Below the pieces are notes generated by a model. The model had not been told where the DNA came from and ran no database searches. It worked only from the letters and a program-made list of their open reading frames with translations. A DNA stretch of 64,000 bases from a bacterium (GTDB lineage Bacteria > CAIWAD01): NCBI GenBank assembly GCA_030429345.1, contig JAUIFJ010000013.1, positions 13,812 through 77,811 of the forward strand, written 5' to 3'. A program made the translations under genes and the position numbers. Of the stretch, positions 9,111 to 20,473 are shown in pieces (the first letter of the stretch is position 1; every line of letters starts with the position of its first letter).

Positions 9111-11498
9111 CTATTTTAGCAACAGCACCTTCCTCGCCTGCACTTCGCCCAGTGCTTCCAACCGAATGAAGTACACTCCGCTGGCCAGCCCCTCCGCCCG
9201 GAAGACGACCTCATGGCTCCCCGCCGGCAGCAGCTCATGCACCAGGGTCCGCACGCGTTGTCCACGCAGATTGTATACGCTCAGGGTGATCGGCGCGGCC
9301 AGGGGCAGATCGAAGGCGACGGTCGTTGCCGGATTGAAGGGATTCGGCCAGGCCGGATTAAGGGCAATGCTCTCCGGCAGGGCCGGGGCCTCCTTCGGTG
9401 TGACAGAGACCTGCGAATCCAGTTCCCGGGCACCGGGGCCGCCGGTGTATCCCATGTCATTGCGCAGGCCGCCCTGGCTGGGCCAAAGGGCAAAGCCGGG
9501 GGATTCCGGGTCTTCCAGGTCATTGTAGACGGAATCCGGATTGCCGGTGTCAATGGCGGGCGAGGCGGTCAATAAATAGGGAACGCCCAGCTCTTCATCG
9601 AAGAGGGGGTCTTCCAATATGTTGTTGGTTCCGGTCATCCCTGGTTGAACAATGGAGTATGAGAATTCGGGAGCCTCGAACCACTGATCCGACAAGACAT
9701 CGTAGTCGTTTCCCCACACAATCGAGTTTGTGAAGTCAAGGGGGCCCGTAAACAACTTGGACATCGAGCAATTGGTCACCGTCACATTATTCAACGATGT
9801 CTCCCCGGGAACGACTCCGGCTGTCAACACATCCTGGTAGGAATCCGTGTACGGGTAAGGGATGTAGTTGTCTTGCTCGGTGATATCCTCGAACAGGCAA
9901 TTTACCATGGACAGGGTATCAGGCCCGACGATCTGTACTGCAAATCGATTTGTACGTCGAACCACGACTTGATTCATGATGACTCCGCTAGGTCCATCAT
10001 CTAACCAGATCCCCCCATCATCGCAGTCTTCCATCAGGATATTCTGGAGATGGTAGTGTTTGCCAGGACCGGAGCTTTTAAACTCTACAGTACTGCCCAC
10101 ACTTCGGTGCCAGAGGTCCATACCTGCCCATTCCGGGGCGTGGTTGGGTTGGCGATTATTGCGGAAGGTGCAGTCTCGCATCTCGATGTATTCATTCTCT
10201 ATGCCGCCATTCATATAGAAGGCACGGCCTAGATTAGGGTCAGGATTCAGAATCTGGGAGTAGTCGTCTGGATCATGGAGGTAGTTGTCTACAAAACGAC
10301 AGTTAATCCAGCGCATCGTGTCTCGATCAGCACCGACTGTTACTACATGACCTCCCCACGTAGATTCACCATCCTCAGCAGGACCATTTAACAGAAAGTT
10401 GCGACTGAACTCACTATCAATCACATCAACGTTGTATACCTGGAAGATCATTCCTCTTGCATCCTGCACTAAGGAATCGCCTACGACATTGTCCGTCACA
10501 TGAAGATTCCGAACCGTCCCATCATTAGCACCTACAGCACCTGCGCCATCACCCTGATATAGAACCCGATTGCGTTGTATGTAGAGGCTATCGATATCCA
10601 CATACGTGGTGCCATATATTGCATTGGCATTGCCAGTATCCGTGCCCTGGTTTAGGTTGTCAGTAATGATAATGTTGCGAGCAACTAGTGTATCCCCATG
10701 TATAAGAAAAACTCCACCTCCCACATTGAAGCAATTCTGCAAACGCACATCTCGTCCTGTTGTGTTTGCATTGCTATAAAAGGTCAAGTTATTGTGTACT
10801 GGTTCTGTGCCACCTTCCATTCTCACTCTTGCGAGTTGTAACCCTGCATCCGCTATGAAGTGGTGGCCGTTACTACCCGCATTCTCTTCTACGACTAGAT
10901 CCTCGACAACTCCAGTTCCTTCGACTGTAATGTGTACGCACAAATCGGCCGGCCCAGCTTCGATTAGCTCGTTGTCATGAAGGTGAATCCGCCTAAAAGA
11001 AAAACTACCCTCGCGACCGAAGGTTGTATGCGGTTGTCTTGTAACGGCTCCGCCAGCGCGATATCCACGATTGTGCCGGAATACCAGGTCCTGAAAATCG
11101 ATGCTCACATCGCCATGCAGGAAGAATCCGCCCGGACGATGATCCGTGAAGCCATTGAAGTACCCTTCCCCGTGTTGAATCGTGAAGCCGCGAAGATGGA
11201 ACACGGAGGGAGTCTCGGTGAACACGTCAATCACGGTTCCCTGATAGTCCCCATCCAGGATGGTTTCCTGGATGTCCATTGTGTCATCACTGAAGACATA
11301 GTGCGAGGCCAGAGTGACTTCCCAAACGGGTGTGGACAACAGTTCGACATAGGAACCATTGGCAACGAGGACAGTGTCTCCAGGGCTGGTCGCATCCAGC
11401 GCCTGCTGGATACTCGAATACTCATCGGGAACATGGAGCTGGCTTGCCTGCGATTGCGTACAGGTAACAAGCAGACAAGCAAGAACCAAAGCTATCAA
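9111..11498 (-). CDS. Secreted right-handed beta-helix protein with T9SS type-A CTD (compositionally chimeric)
   Basis: Signal peptide MIALVLACLLVTCTQSQA. Many Asn/Gly-rich beta-helix turns, and SPAIDTGNPDS..NDMGYTGGPGA typical of beta-helix caps. C-terminus AWPNPFNPATTVAFDL..LSVYNLRGQRV..LPAGSHEVVF..ASGVYFIRL..RKVLLLK. Confidence 0.8.
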   Translation of the reverse strand: MIALVLACLLVTCTQSQASQLHVPDEYSSIQQALDATSPGDTVLVANGSYVELLSTPVWEVTLASHYVFSDDTMDIQETILDGDYQGTVIDVFTETPSVFHLRGFTIQHGEGYFNGFTDHRPGGFFLHGDVSIDFQDLVFRHNRGYRAGGAVTRQPHTTFGREGSFSFRRIHLHDNELIEAGPADLCVHITVEGTGVVEDLVVEENAGSNGHHFIADAGLQLARVRMEGGTEPVHNNLTFYSNANTTGRDVRLQNCFNVGGGVFLIHGDTLVARNIIITDNLNQGTDTGNANAIYGTTYVDIDSLYIQRNRVLYQGDGAGAVGANDGTVRNLHVTDNVVGDSLVQDARGMIFQVYNVDVIDSEFSRNFLLNGPAEDGESTWGGHVVTVGADRDTMRWINCRFVDNYLHDPDDYSQILNPDPNLGRAFYMNGGIENEYIEMRDCTFRNNRQPNHAPEWAGMDLWHRSVGSTVEFKSSGPGKHYHLQNILMEDCDDGGIWLDDGPSGVIMNQVVVRRTNRFAVQIVGPDTLSMVNCLFEDITEQDNYIPYPYTDSYQDVLTAGVVPGETSLNNVTVTNCSMSKLFTGPLDFTNSIVWGNDYDVLSDQWFEAPEFSYSIVQPGMTGTNNILEDPLFDEELGVPYLLTASPAIDTGNPDSVYNDLEDPESPGFALWPSQGGLRNDMGYTGGPGARELDSQVSVTPKEAPALPESIALNPAWPNPFNPATTVAFDLPLAAPITLSVYNLRGQRVRTLVHELLPAGSHEVVFRAEGLASGVYFIRLEALGEVQARKVLLLK

Positions 11499-11517
11499 TA
11501 CATCACTCCATAAATGA

Positions 11518-14500
11518 TTACTTCAATAGAAGCATCTTTCGGGTTTCTGCGCCCTGATTCGACTGCGCGTGAATGATGTAAACGCCGCTGGCATAGGCAC
11601 TGCCATCAAAACGGAGCTTGTGACTTCCGGCTTGCAGTTCTTCACTTACCAGAGTCGTTACCTCTTGTCCTAGCAAATTATAGACCAGAACCTGCACCGG
11701 GCCTTGCTTCGGAAGGTCTATGACGATGGTCGTGCTTGGATTAAAAGGGTTTGGATACACATTCTCGATCTGGAACGTTGAAGGCAATACAGGTTCGTCC
11801 TCAACGGTAGCAGGAATCGTATCAACGAACTCATAGTGGAGTAAATCATGGACTGCCTGAATTTCCTGAACAGTCAGTGCTTGCGACATACCTGCTGATG
11901 AAGTTGCGGACGTGCCACCTGGCGGAGGCGGGTATGCCTGGATTTCCAGTTTGGCTAGTTTGATCGTGTTGAAGTTGATCGGGTCCGTCTCCTTGACCAA
12001 CATGCTATCCAGAATGCCCAGGATTTCGCTGCGCCGCTGCCAACGGGCCTCGACGCACCATGCGGCACATTCCTGTAGCATAGCCTGGTGAACAACTGAG
12101 TAGGCTAGACTAGTATCTGCACTTTGAAACAGATCTGTCTGCAAAGAATCGAAATTCAGTTCACCGTAATCCTTGTCAAGTCCGAGTGCTTTCAGCTTCA
12201 GTGTTGCCTCATTGGCTTCCATGTCTTTGGGATAGCCTAGAACAACGGCTCGGAAGTGGCCGTGGGCGGTTGCAAGATCGCCAAGAAGCTCGGCGTCTTT
12301 ACCAGCTTTCAGAGTCAGCAATGCAGATGACTCGTCATGAGGACAAATATCTGAATAGAATTCTGGGCACGTTCCAAGGTTGTACTCCAGCTCAGCCCAA
12401 GACGGAATTCCAGGAATCAAATCAACAGTGGGGATGGATTCTGTACAAGACCAGCCCCAGAAGTTTCGTCTCCATGATCGTGGATTCGTGTGTGGTGTTC
12501 CGCTTGATGCTGATACGAACCCAGGAGTACCGCTTAAATACCCCGGTATGATGAATGAGTTGTAGCCACAGTACGAATCCAGATAACCATCACCAATGAT
12601 CTCGATTAATGGTTGAACAAATGACGGGGCGTCACTTCCATGAAATCTATTCATAGCCCCATCGCTCATATGTACAGTTGAGGTAAACTCCAGGTTTAAA
12701 GCTGTTACACTGCAATCAATAAACTGATTGTCACGCATCTCGAGAATACCAGTAGTTACTAGAACTGGTGATGTCAGATTGATAGGAGGTACTTGGCCTT
12801 GATAATCGAAGCTGTTTCCCCAAAGTACTGGGTTTGCCCCAAGTGGTGCACCTTGAACTTTTACCGTCCAGTTTGCATCGCCTAAGGTTGGAACACCAAA
12901 TTCACAGTTGTAGATCTCAAGACCAGATTCCAGAAGCGTTAACTGCTTAGGTGTCGGGAAAGCCTCAAAGTCTTCTGGAGGTTCTCCTTCCTTATATCGA
13001 ATCGAGTACCCGCTCACATCCCCACTACACGACCAGAATTCCAATTCTGCTTCACCATAGTTCTGGAATTGAACAGAAGAAGGATTCAAATTTAGATCTT
13101 CGAGTGAGCGAAACTTCAGCTTGTAGTCATCACCCGACTTTGCGGGATAGTTGAACAGTACGCCTTCAAGATTTGCAGACTTGTCTACTCCAGGCTGCCC
13201 GATGTGGATGACTAATGCGTTTTCATCAGCACTTGGATCGGTTGTGCCTACAATTGCAGTCCTCGGACCTGAGGCATCACCAATTTGTAAGTCGCTGTCC
13301 CCGAAAACGAAAAGAGTCTTGTTTGACCCTACTCGAATTGTAGTGCCTGCTGGAATTGGACAGTTGATAACAGTATTCGCGTCCACCTCGTACCATCCGA
13401 CCTCCAGGCTACTCACGGATGTAGGCAACTGTTTCACCGAGTAATGCGCTGTATAACCAATGTCGGAAGCTGTCAGGTCGAAATCCTCGATAGCCGGGTC
13501 GCCCTTGTCCAGGCACTGGCTGTCGTGGCGCAGTCGGCAATCCGGTAAAGCTGCATCCCCATCCACATAGCCAACGAAAACTGCAGCCTCACTGAAGGGA
13601 ACTACAATGTTATTCGCCGGTTCTGTCGTGTCGAACCAGGGAACGGCCCAGTCATGCTGGTCGCACAGGCTGTGCCGAATTACTGTATTCCATGCGGGTT
13701 GTCTTAAGTCTACGTTGTAGATTGCTGCTGCAGTCCCCTCGGTGCCGGAGTGTGTAAACAGACAGGATGTAATCTCAACGATGTCATCATCGTGAACGAT
13801 TAAGTCGAAGCGATCGCCAGTGAGAGATTGGTTGTTGTGGAAGGTACAGTTTTGAATGGTCATCGTTCCGTCCACATTGATGGCAGACCAACTGGTGACT
13901 TCTGTACCACTGATACTACCGGCAATTACGGAGTTCTGGATATTGACTTCACCATCGTGTTGTTTGAGTACTCCCAGATCTCCAACAGTACCAAGGAACT
14001 GGCAATTGTCTATGTTCGCAGAATCCAAGACATTCAACAACGCTTGCCCAGATTCAACGAAGACGTTCTCGAACGTAAGGTCCTGTAGTTCTAGGTTGCA
14101 TCCATTGAGATAGAACCCGGCTTGACTCCCTGTGATACGAACCGAACCTGAAGCGGCAGATTCGTATTCGTCGACGCTACCTTTTACACCCAGTATACTC
14201 AGGGTAACTTGTTCTGTCTGATTAAAGGAGACCCAGGATAGGTTGTAGGGATCTTCGGAAGCATGAAGTAGGATCGTCCAGTGATCTCCCAGGGGAGGCG
14301 GATTCGTCTGAATATGAAGCAACGCGGTATCCAAGTCAGAATAATCACACTCCACCGCAGGCCCGACATGCAGCTCCGTCTTGCGGTCAAGATCGACCCT
14401 GTAAACGAAGGAAGACTTGGTCGTGGATCCTTCCGGCACTCCGTTCTTTGTTCCAAGATACAGATAGCCGTCTTCGAAGGCAGTCGTACTGCCCGGACGC

Positions 14501-16929
14501 CCCTTGGCGGAGGCAAGTCCCAACGGAATCTGCTCGTCTTCAAGAATTGTGACCTCACCGCTGAAGTCCACGAAGCCGATGTCCGTATGATCTGGAACCA
14601 CGCGTTCGGTGAAGACGAACCCGTTCCGGTAAGGATAGACGGCCCCAAAATACTCGATGACATCCACCAAGGCACCCGCATTCTGTTCGATGGCCAGTGT
14701 CGCACCCGTAGCGAGGTCGAGTATGCGTAAGTGCTGGTAGTCGGTCCAGCAGAGGTATTCCTGGTTGTAGGCGATGTCGATCACCTGCGAATTCAGGGTT
14801 GTGTTTCCAGCGAAGATGCGATCGGCTGATGTAATGTCCGGCCCGTCAATCCGCACCCGGTAGATATCCCCGAGTCGGCTAGTAGATTCTCCGGGTGCGC
14901 TTGGAGGCTCAAACCATTCGGTGCCGACGAAGTATTCGCCAGCAACTGGGCTCGGCTCAATACACTGGACTCCATGCGCCAGCTTATCCAGTGTTGCTTG
15001 CGAGATGTCGAGCGTCATTTCAACACCCGAATCACCTGAAGCACTTGTGTAGAACCGCGCTCCATGCAAGGACGTCAATTCTGCGGTTGTCCATGAAGTA
15101 GGATCAAACCATGTCAGCTGACCTCGTTCCTTGGCACCGGCGGCGATATCCGGTTCCCTAAGAATGGTCTGAATGGAGACACCCGAGAGTACGATTTCGT
15201 TCAGGGCCTCATCCAGGCCGTACTCAAAGTCCCTTTGACGTGGCATCAGTGGTGCGAGGTCCGGATTGTCGGTGTCATTAGGAATGAAAGGTCCGAATTG
15301 CCTTTGCAAGGAACCAGTAAAGATCCACTTCGACCAGGCAGGTCCGGAATATCCACCGACGAAAAGAGTAGGTTGTACCTGGCCGGGCCAGCAAGTCATG
15401 GCATGATAACCTATACCCGGTATTCCGCTACTGATCTGGTTGGGGAGGGATGTATCAGTGTAGAATAGGGCTCCTTCTCCTCGATAGAACAAGTGCGGTC
15501 CGTGGACGTCAAGGCAACGAATCTCGCCTCCGCCGACTGGACCTGTTACAGAACCATAGATGGCACCAATTTGGGAATGATAGTACGGAAGGAAATGATC
15601 TACCAGGGCAAGACCACTACTGGTGAACAACTGAATTGACTCGTCATACTGATCCAGACGATTGTGCTCCATAAACCCATGGATTGAATAACTCGGTAAC
15701 AATTGGAACTTCGGGCCGTCAGTTGCAATCGCTTTGGCAACTTTCAATCGATTATCGGGATATCTCTCGTTCTTAACTCCTATAGGATCAGGAGTGCTGT
15801 CGATTGTGATTTCCAAACCGGAAATGCCAGTATGGAAGGATAATGTATGGTGATGCTCTCCATTATGCACAGTAACCGTATTAATTCCAGTTTGTGTGAG
15901 CGAATAAACTGCTGGGTAGTTCTCGTCAACGAAATCACTCCAGTTTGCTGAAGGGGTCCCGTTCATGGAGTACATCCGAAACTTGCGAGTGATAGGAGAA
16001 GTGCTGGTTACCCGATACGAATTGAGGATCATGCATTCGTCTGTCGAACCGTTCGTGTGATTATAGAAGCAGTAAGCGCCGCCCCCCCCATCTGATACCT
16101 GCAGATTTATTGACTGTCTTGCAGGATCCAGGATGTACTGCCCGGCACTGTTCCTGTATTTGTAGTAGTGAAGTACTTGGTCATCCCCGATATAACCGAA
16201 GTAGGACTCGCCCGTGGTCGGATTCTCGAAGACCTCAAGGAACTCGATGTAGGCTTCCAGATCCGTACTGGGATTTTCTGGTCCACCATAGAGTACTTGG
16301 ATACTCCCCCCGGACAGCAACGAATGCAATGATTCATCTGTGGGCCACTGCTCTCCCTCGGGCATATGCAGCCAGAGCACTGTACCGCCATCGTTGTCGT
16401 ATAGCGAAAAGAAGTAGTTGCCACGTGTATCTGCTACACCATCGATAACGGGCTGGTTGTATGACAGAGCAATCGAACGGGCATTACCGAACAGAGCCGT
16501 ACTCTCAGGATCTGTCATGGTCACGTATACGCCATCTCCTGAAACATAGCTGGCGCTGTATAGTGCAGGCCGAAGTGTATTCGTTCCCTCTTCTCGAACA
16601 GCGCCAATGCTCAGCGCACGCCCAGGTTGGGAAAATGGCGTCGTCCACAAGTCGCTGGACAAGGACAAATGACGGAATGTCGGAGGTCCCAAGGGGGCGC
16701 CACTTGTTGTGGGGTACTCAGCGGCGATGAAGTGAAGATTTGGTTGTGTGGCGGTGACAACGCCCACAGTCTCTGTTCCGCTTGAGCTATCATGCAGTTT
16801 ATACAGATCGAAGCAGTAGTGGTATGCTGGCCACTCATCAACATCATAGCCAGCATCCGCAATAATTTCATAGGCATTCGTGGAAAAGAAGAGCCCCAAA
16901 AGGAGCATGGCGACAACCAGGCGAAACAT
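11518..16929 (-). CDS. Giant (1,803 aa) secreted protein of unknown function with T9SS type-A CTD
   Basis: Signal peptide MFRLVVAMLLLGLFFSTNAYE. Uninterrupted 5.4-kb ORF in ~50% GC DNA. C-terminus VYPNPFNPSTTIVIDL..VLVYNLLGQEVTTLVSEELQAGSHKLRF..ASGVYIIHA..RKMLLLK. It lies 19 nt upstream of the 795-aa gene, so the two are probably co-transcribed. Confidence 0.8.
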   Translation of the reverse strand: MFRLVVAMLLLGLFFSTNAYEIIADAGYDVDEWPAYHYCFDLYKLHDSSSGTETVGVVTATQPNLHFIAAEYPTTSGAPLGPPTFRHLSLSSDLWTTPFSQPGRALSIGAVREEGTNTLRPALYSASYVSGDGVYVTMTDPESTALFGNARSIALSYNQPVIDGVADTRGNYFFSLYDNDGGTVLWLHMPEGEQWPTDESLHSLLSGGSIQVLYGGPENPSTDLEAYIEFLEVFENPTTGESYFGYIGDDQVLHYYKYRNSAGQYILDPARQSINLQVSDGGGGAYCFYNHTNGSTDECMILNSYRVTSTSPITRKFRMYSMNGTPSANWSDFVDENYPAVYSLTQTGINTVTVHNGEHHHTLSFHTGISGLEITIDSTPDPIGVKNERYPDNRLKVAKAIATDGPKFQLLPSYSIHGFMEHNRLDQYDESIQLFTSSGLALVDHFLPYYHSQIGAIYGSVTGPVGGGEIRCLDVHGPHLFYRGEGALFYTDTSLPNQISSGIPGIGYHAMTCWPGQVQPTLFVGGYSGPAWSKWIFTGSLQRQFGPFIPNDTDNPDLAPLMPRQRDFEYGLDEALNEIVLSGVSIQTILREPDIAAGAKERGQLTWFDPTSWTTAELTSLHGARFYTSASGDSGVEMTLDISQATLDKLAHGVQCIEPSPVAGEYFVGTEWFEPPSAPGESTSRLGDIYRVRIDGPDITSADRIFAGNTTLNSQVIDIAYNQEYLCWTDYQHLRILDLATGATLAIEQNAGALVDVIEYFGAVYPYRNGFVFTERVVPDHTDIGFVDFSGEVTILEDEQIPLGLASAKGRPGSTTAFEDGYLYLGTKNGVPEGSTTKSSFVYRVDLDRKTELHVGPAVECDYSDLDTALLHIQTNPPPLGDHWTILLHASEDPYNLSWVSFNQTEQVTLSILGVKGSVDEYESAASGSVRITGSQAGFYLNGCNLELQDLTFENVFVESGQALLNVLDSANIDNCQFLGTVGDLGVLKQHDGEVNIQNSVIAGSISGTEVTSWSAINVDGTMTIQNCTFHNNQSLTGDRFDLIVHDDDIVEITSCLFTHSGTEGTAAAIYNVDLRQPAWNTVIRHSLCDQHDWAVPWFDTTEPANNIVVPFSEAAVFVGYVDGDAALPDCRLRHDSQCLDKGDPAIEDFDLTASDIGYTAHYSVKQLPTSVSSLEVGWYEVDANTVINCPIPAGTTIRVGSNKTLFVFGDSDLQIGDASGPRTAIVGTTDPSADENALVIHIGQPGVDKSANLEGVLFNYPAKSGDDYKLKFRSLEDLNLNPSSVQFQNYGEAELEFWSCSGDVSGYSIRYKEGEPPEDFEAFPTPKQLTLLESGLEIYNCEFGVPTLGDANWTVKVQGAPLGANPVLWGNSFDYQGQVPPINLTSPVLVTTGILEMRDNQFIDCSVTALNLEFTSTVHMSDGAMNRFHGSDAPSFVQPLIEIIGDGYLDSYCGYNSFIIPGYLSGTPGFVSASSGTPHTNPRSWRRNFWGWSCTESIPTVDLIPGIPSWAELEYNLGTCPEFYSDICPHDESSALLTLKAGKDAELLGDLATAHGHFRAVVLGYPKDMEANEATLKLKALGLDKDYGELNFDSLQTDLFQSADTSLAYSVVHQAMLQECAAWCVEARWQRRSEILGILDSMLVKETDPINFNTIKLAKLEIQAYPPPPGGTSATSSAGMSQALTVQEIQAVHDLLHYEFVDTIPATVEDEPVLPSTFQIENVYPNPFNPSTTIVIDLPKQGPVQVLVYNLLGQEVTTLVSEELQAGSHKLRFDGSAYASGVYIIHAQSNQGAETRKMLLLK

Positions 16930-17200
16930 GGTCGACCTCTACAAATGAATGCTTGGCAATTGATACAGGATTCAAATAAAGGAGTGCTTGTTTGTTGATC
17001 CATGTCAAATTGTTATGGGCTTGACGGAGAACCTGGCAAGGGCAATCTCTCATCGAGAGGTATATCTCTTCCGCCTCGATCCAAGTGTTGTGCCCCATTG
17101 GCGGACCGATCCCCCCTTCCCTATATTCCTCAATTGTTTCCGCTGGCAACAGGGGCTGCGCTGCAGCTTCAATGCCCTTCGAAAATCCGGCCGGAGGCCG

Positions 17201-17833
17201 ATGACCGACCACTCCCCAGCACTCCGTCTTGCCGTTTTCGCCTCCGGGCGAGGCAGCAATTTCGAGGCGATCCTTCGGGCCAGCCGCCAGGAAGGCTACC
17301 CTTGCCGTCCTGTCTGCGTGCTCAGTGATCGTCGCTCGGCGCCCGTGCTTAAGACCGCCCGCGAGGCCGGGCTTGCCGCACGGGCCTTCGGACCAGCCTG
17401 CTGGCGCAAGGAGGAGCCCCGAGCAAAGCCTGTCATCGAGTGGCTGCGGGAAGAGCGGGTCGAGGCGATTGCCCTGGCCGGCTTCCTCAGGCTGCTGCCG
17501 GCGGAGCTGCTCGCGGCCTGGCCGGGGAAGGTGCTCAATGTCCATCCGGCCCTGTTGCCGGCCTACGGCGGTCCCGGCATGTACGGCATGCGCGTGCATC
17601 ACGCGGTCTACGAGGCTGGAGAGGAAACCAGCGGAGCGACGATTCACCGTGTCGATGAGATCTACGACCATGGCGAAATCCTGGCCCAGGCAAGCGTGGA
17701 CATTCGCGACTGCCGCAACGCGCAGGAGGTCGCCGACCGCGTGCTCGAAATCGAACACACCCTCTACCCGGAGACCCTGGCGCGCTTCTGCCGGGGCGAA
17801 CTCCCCCAACGCGAGAAGGTTGCCCCTTCATGA
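17201..17833 (+). CDS. purN: Phosphoribosylglycinamide formyltransferase
   Basis: ATG at 17201 is preceded by GGAGG. Motifs LAVFASGRGSNFEAIL and NVHPALLPAYGGPGMYGMRVHHAV..SGATIHRVDEIYDHGEILAQ. The track's start at 16988 lies in the AT-rich intergenic region. Confidence 0.9.
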   Translation: MTDHSPALRLAVFASGRGSNFEAILRASRQEGYPCRPVCVLSDRRSAPVLKTAREAGLAARAFGPACWRKEEPRAKPVIEWLREERVEAIALAGFLRLLPAELLAAWPGKVLNVHPALLPAYGGPGMYGMRVHHAVYEAGEETSGATIHRVDEIYDHGEILAQASVDIRDCRNAQEVADRVLEIEHTLYPETLARFCRGELPQREKVAPS

Positions 17834-19407
17834 ACCTCGCCGATCCCGGCCGCCGGCCGGTCAAACGCGCACTGCTTTCCGTATACGACAAGACCGGCCT
17901 GGTCGACTTCGCCCGCGGCCTGGCCGATGAGGGCGTCGAACTGCTCTCCACCGGCGGCACGGCCCGCGCCCTGCGGGAGGCCGGTCTGAAGGTCCTTGAC
18001 GTCAGCGAGCTGACGAAGTACCCGGAACTCTTCGACGGTCGGGTGAAGACCCTGCACCCCGCGATCCACGGCGGCCTGCTGGCGCGGCGAGCCAATCCGC
18101 AGGACATGGAACACGCCGAGGACAACGGCATCGGGCTGATCGACCTGGTGGTGGTGACGCTCTATCCCTTCGAGGAGGTCAGCCGCAAGCCGGACGTAGA
18201 CATTCCGACGCTGATCGAGAACATCGACATCGGCGGTCCCTCCATGCTGCGCAGCGCGGCGAAGAACCACGAGGATGTCACGGTGATCTGTGATACGCGG
18301 GACTATGAGGATGTCCTGGCCGAAATCCGCGAGGGCGGCCCCCTGCGCATGACCCGGCAGCAGCTGGCGGTCAAGGTCTTCACGCGCACGGCGGCCTACG
18401 ACGGCCTGATCGGCCAGACCCTGGGACGCCGCTTCGAGGGCCTTGACACGATCTCGAAGGAGGTCACGCCGCCCGTGCTGAGCCTGACGCTGCCCCGCAC
18501 GCAGGAGCTGCGCTATGGCGAGAACCCGCACCAGAAGGCGGCGGTCTACGGGGACCTGGGCGCCCTGGAGGTGCTGCACGGCAAGCAGCTGTCCTACAAC
18601 AACCTGCTCGATGTCGACGCGGCACTCAGCCTGAACAAGGCCTTCGCCGGCGAACCGGAACCGGTCTGCGCCATCCTGAAGCACACCAATCCCTGCGGCG
18701 TCGCCCAGGGCGCGACTCCCGCCGAGGCCTTCGAGCGCGCCTTCGCCTGTGATACGCGCAGCCCCTTCGGTGGCATTGTCATCTGGAACCGGCCGGTGGA
18801 CCTGGCCACGGCCGAGGCGGTGCACAAGCCCTTCATGGAGATCCTGCTCGCGCCCTCCTTCGACGAGGAGGCCCTGGCGCTGCTCAAGCGCAAGAAGGAC
18901 CGTCGCCTGGTGCGCTTCGGTTCGGGTGCGCAACCCTGGTTCGATTTCCGCATGAGCAGCTTCTTCGGAGGGCTGCTGGTTCAGGGGCACGACCGAGGGG
19001 ACCACACGCCGGGCAGCTACGACTGTGTGACAAAGCGTCGTCCGGACAGCGGCGAGTTCGTCTCGCTGCTTTTCGCCTGGAGCGTCTGCCGCTACGTGAA
19101 ATCCAACGCCATCGTGCTGGCGCGCGAGGGGCGGACGATCGGCATCGGCGCCGGGCAGATGTCGCGAGTCGACGCCTGCGAGATCGCCGTCCACAAGGCG
19201 CGGCTCGAGGGCCACGATCTGCAGGGCAGCGTGCTCGCCTCCGACGCCTTTTTCCCTTTTGCCGATTCCATCGAGGAGGCGGCGAAGGCCGGCGTGAAGG
19301 CGATCATCCAGCCCGGCGGCAGCGTACGCGATGCGGAGGTCATCGAGGCCGCCGACCGTCTCGGCATGACGATGCTCTTCACCGGCTATCGGCATTTCCG
19401 CCACTAG
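17830..19407 (+). CDS. purH: Bifunctional AICAR transformylase / IMP cyclohydrolase
   Basis: [53 protein letters not shown] overlap with purN. Confidence 0.95.
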   Translation: MNLADPGRRPVKRALLSVYDKTGLVDFARGLADEGVELLSTGGTARALREAGLKVLDVSELTKYPELFDGRVKTLHPAIHGGLLARRANPQDMEHAEDNGIGLIDLVVVTLYPFEEVSRKPDVDIPTLIENIDIGGPSMLRSAAKNHEDVTVICDTRDYEDVLAEIREGGPLRMTRQQLAVKVFTRTAAYDGLIGQTLGRRFEGLDTISKEVTPPVLSLTLPRTQELRYGENPHQKAAVYGDLGALEVLHGKQLSYNNLLDVDAALSLNKAFAGEPEPVCAILKHTNPCGVAQGATPAEAFERAFACDTRSPFGGIVIWNRPVDLATAEAVHKPFMEILLAPSFDEEALALLKRKKDRRLVRFGSGAQPWFDFRMSSFFGGLLVQGHDRGDHTPGSYDCVTKRRPDSGEFVSLLFAWSVCRYVKSNAIVLAREGRTIGIGAGQMSRVDACEIAVHKARLEGHDLQGSVLASDAFFPFADSIEEAAKAGVKAIIQPGGSVRDAEVIEAADRLGMTMLFTGYRHFRH

Positions 19408-20469
<1,062 letters not shown>

Positions 20470-20473
20470 GCCC

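Noticed and set aside
16930-17200. Search for mobile-element hallmarks (integrase, attachment-site repeats, tRNA) at the edges of the low-GC island
   Set aside because: I found none. The left edge lies inside a CDS and the right edge is an ordinary AT-rich divergent promoter region, so I do not call a mobile element.
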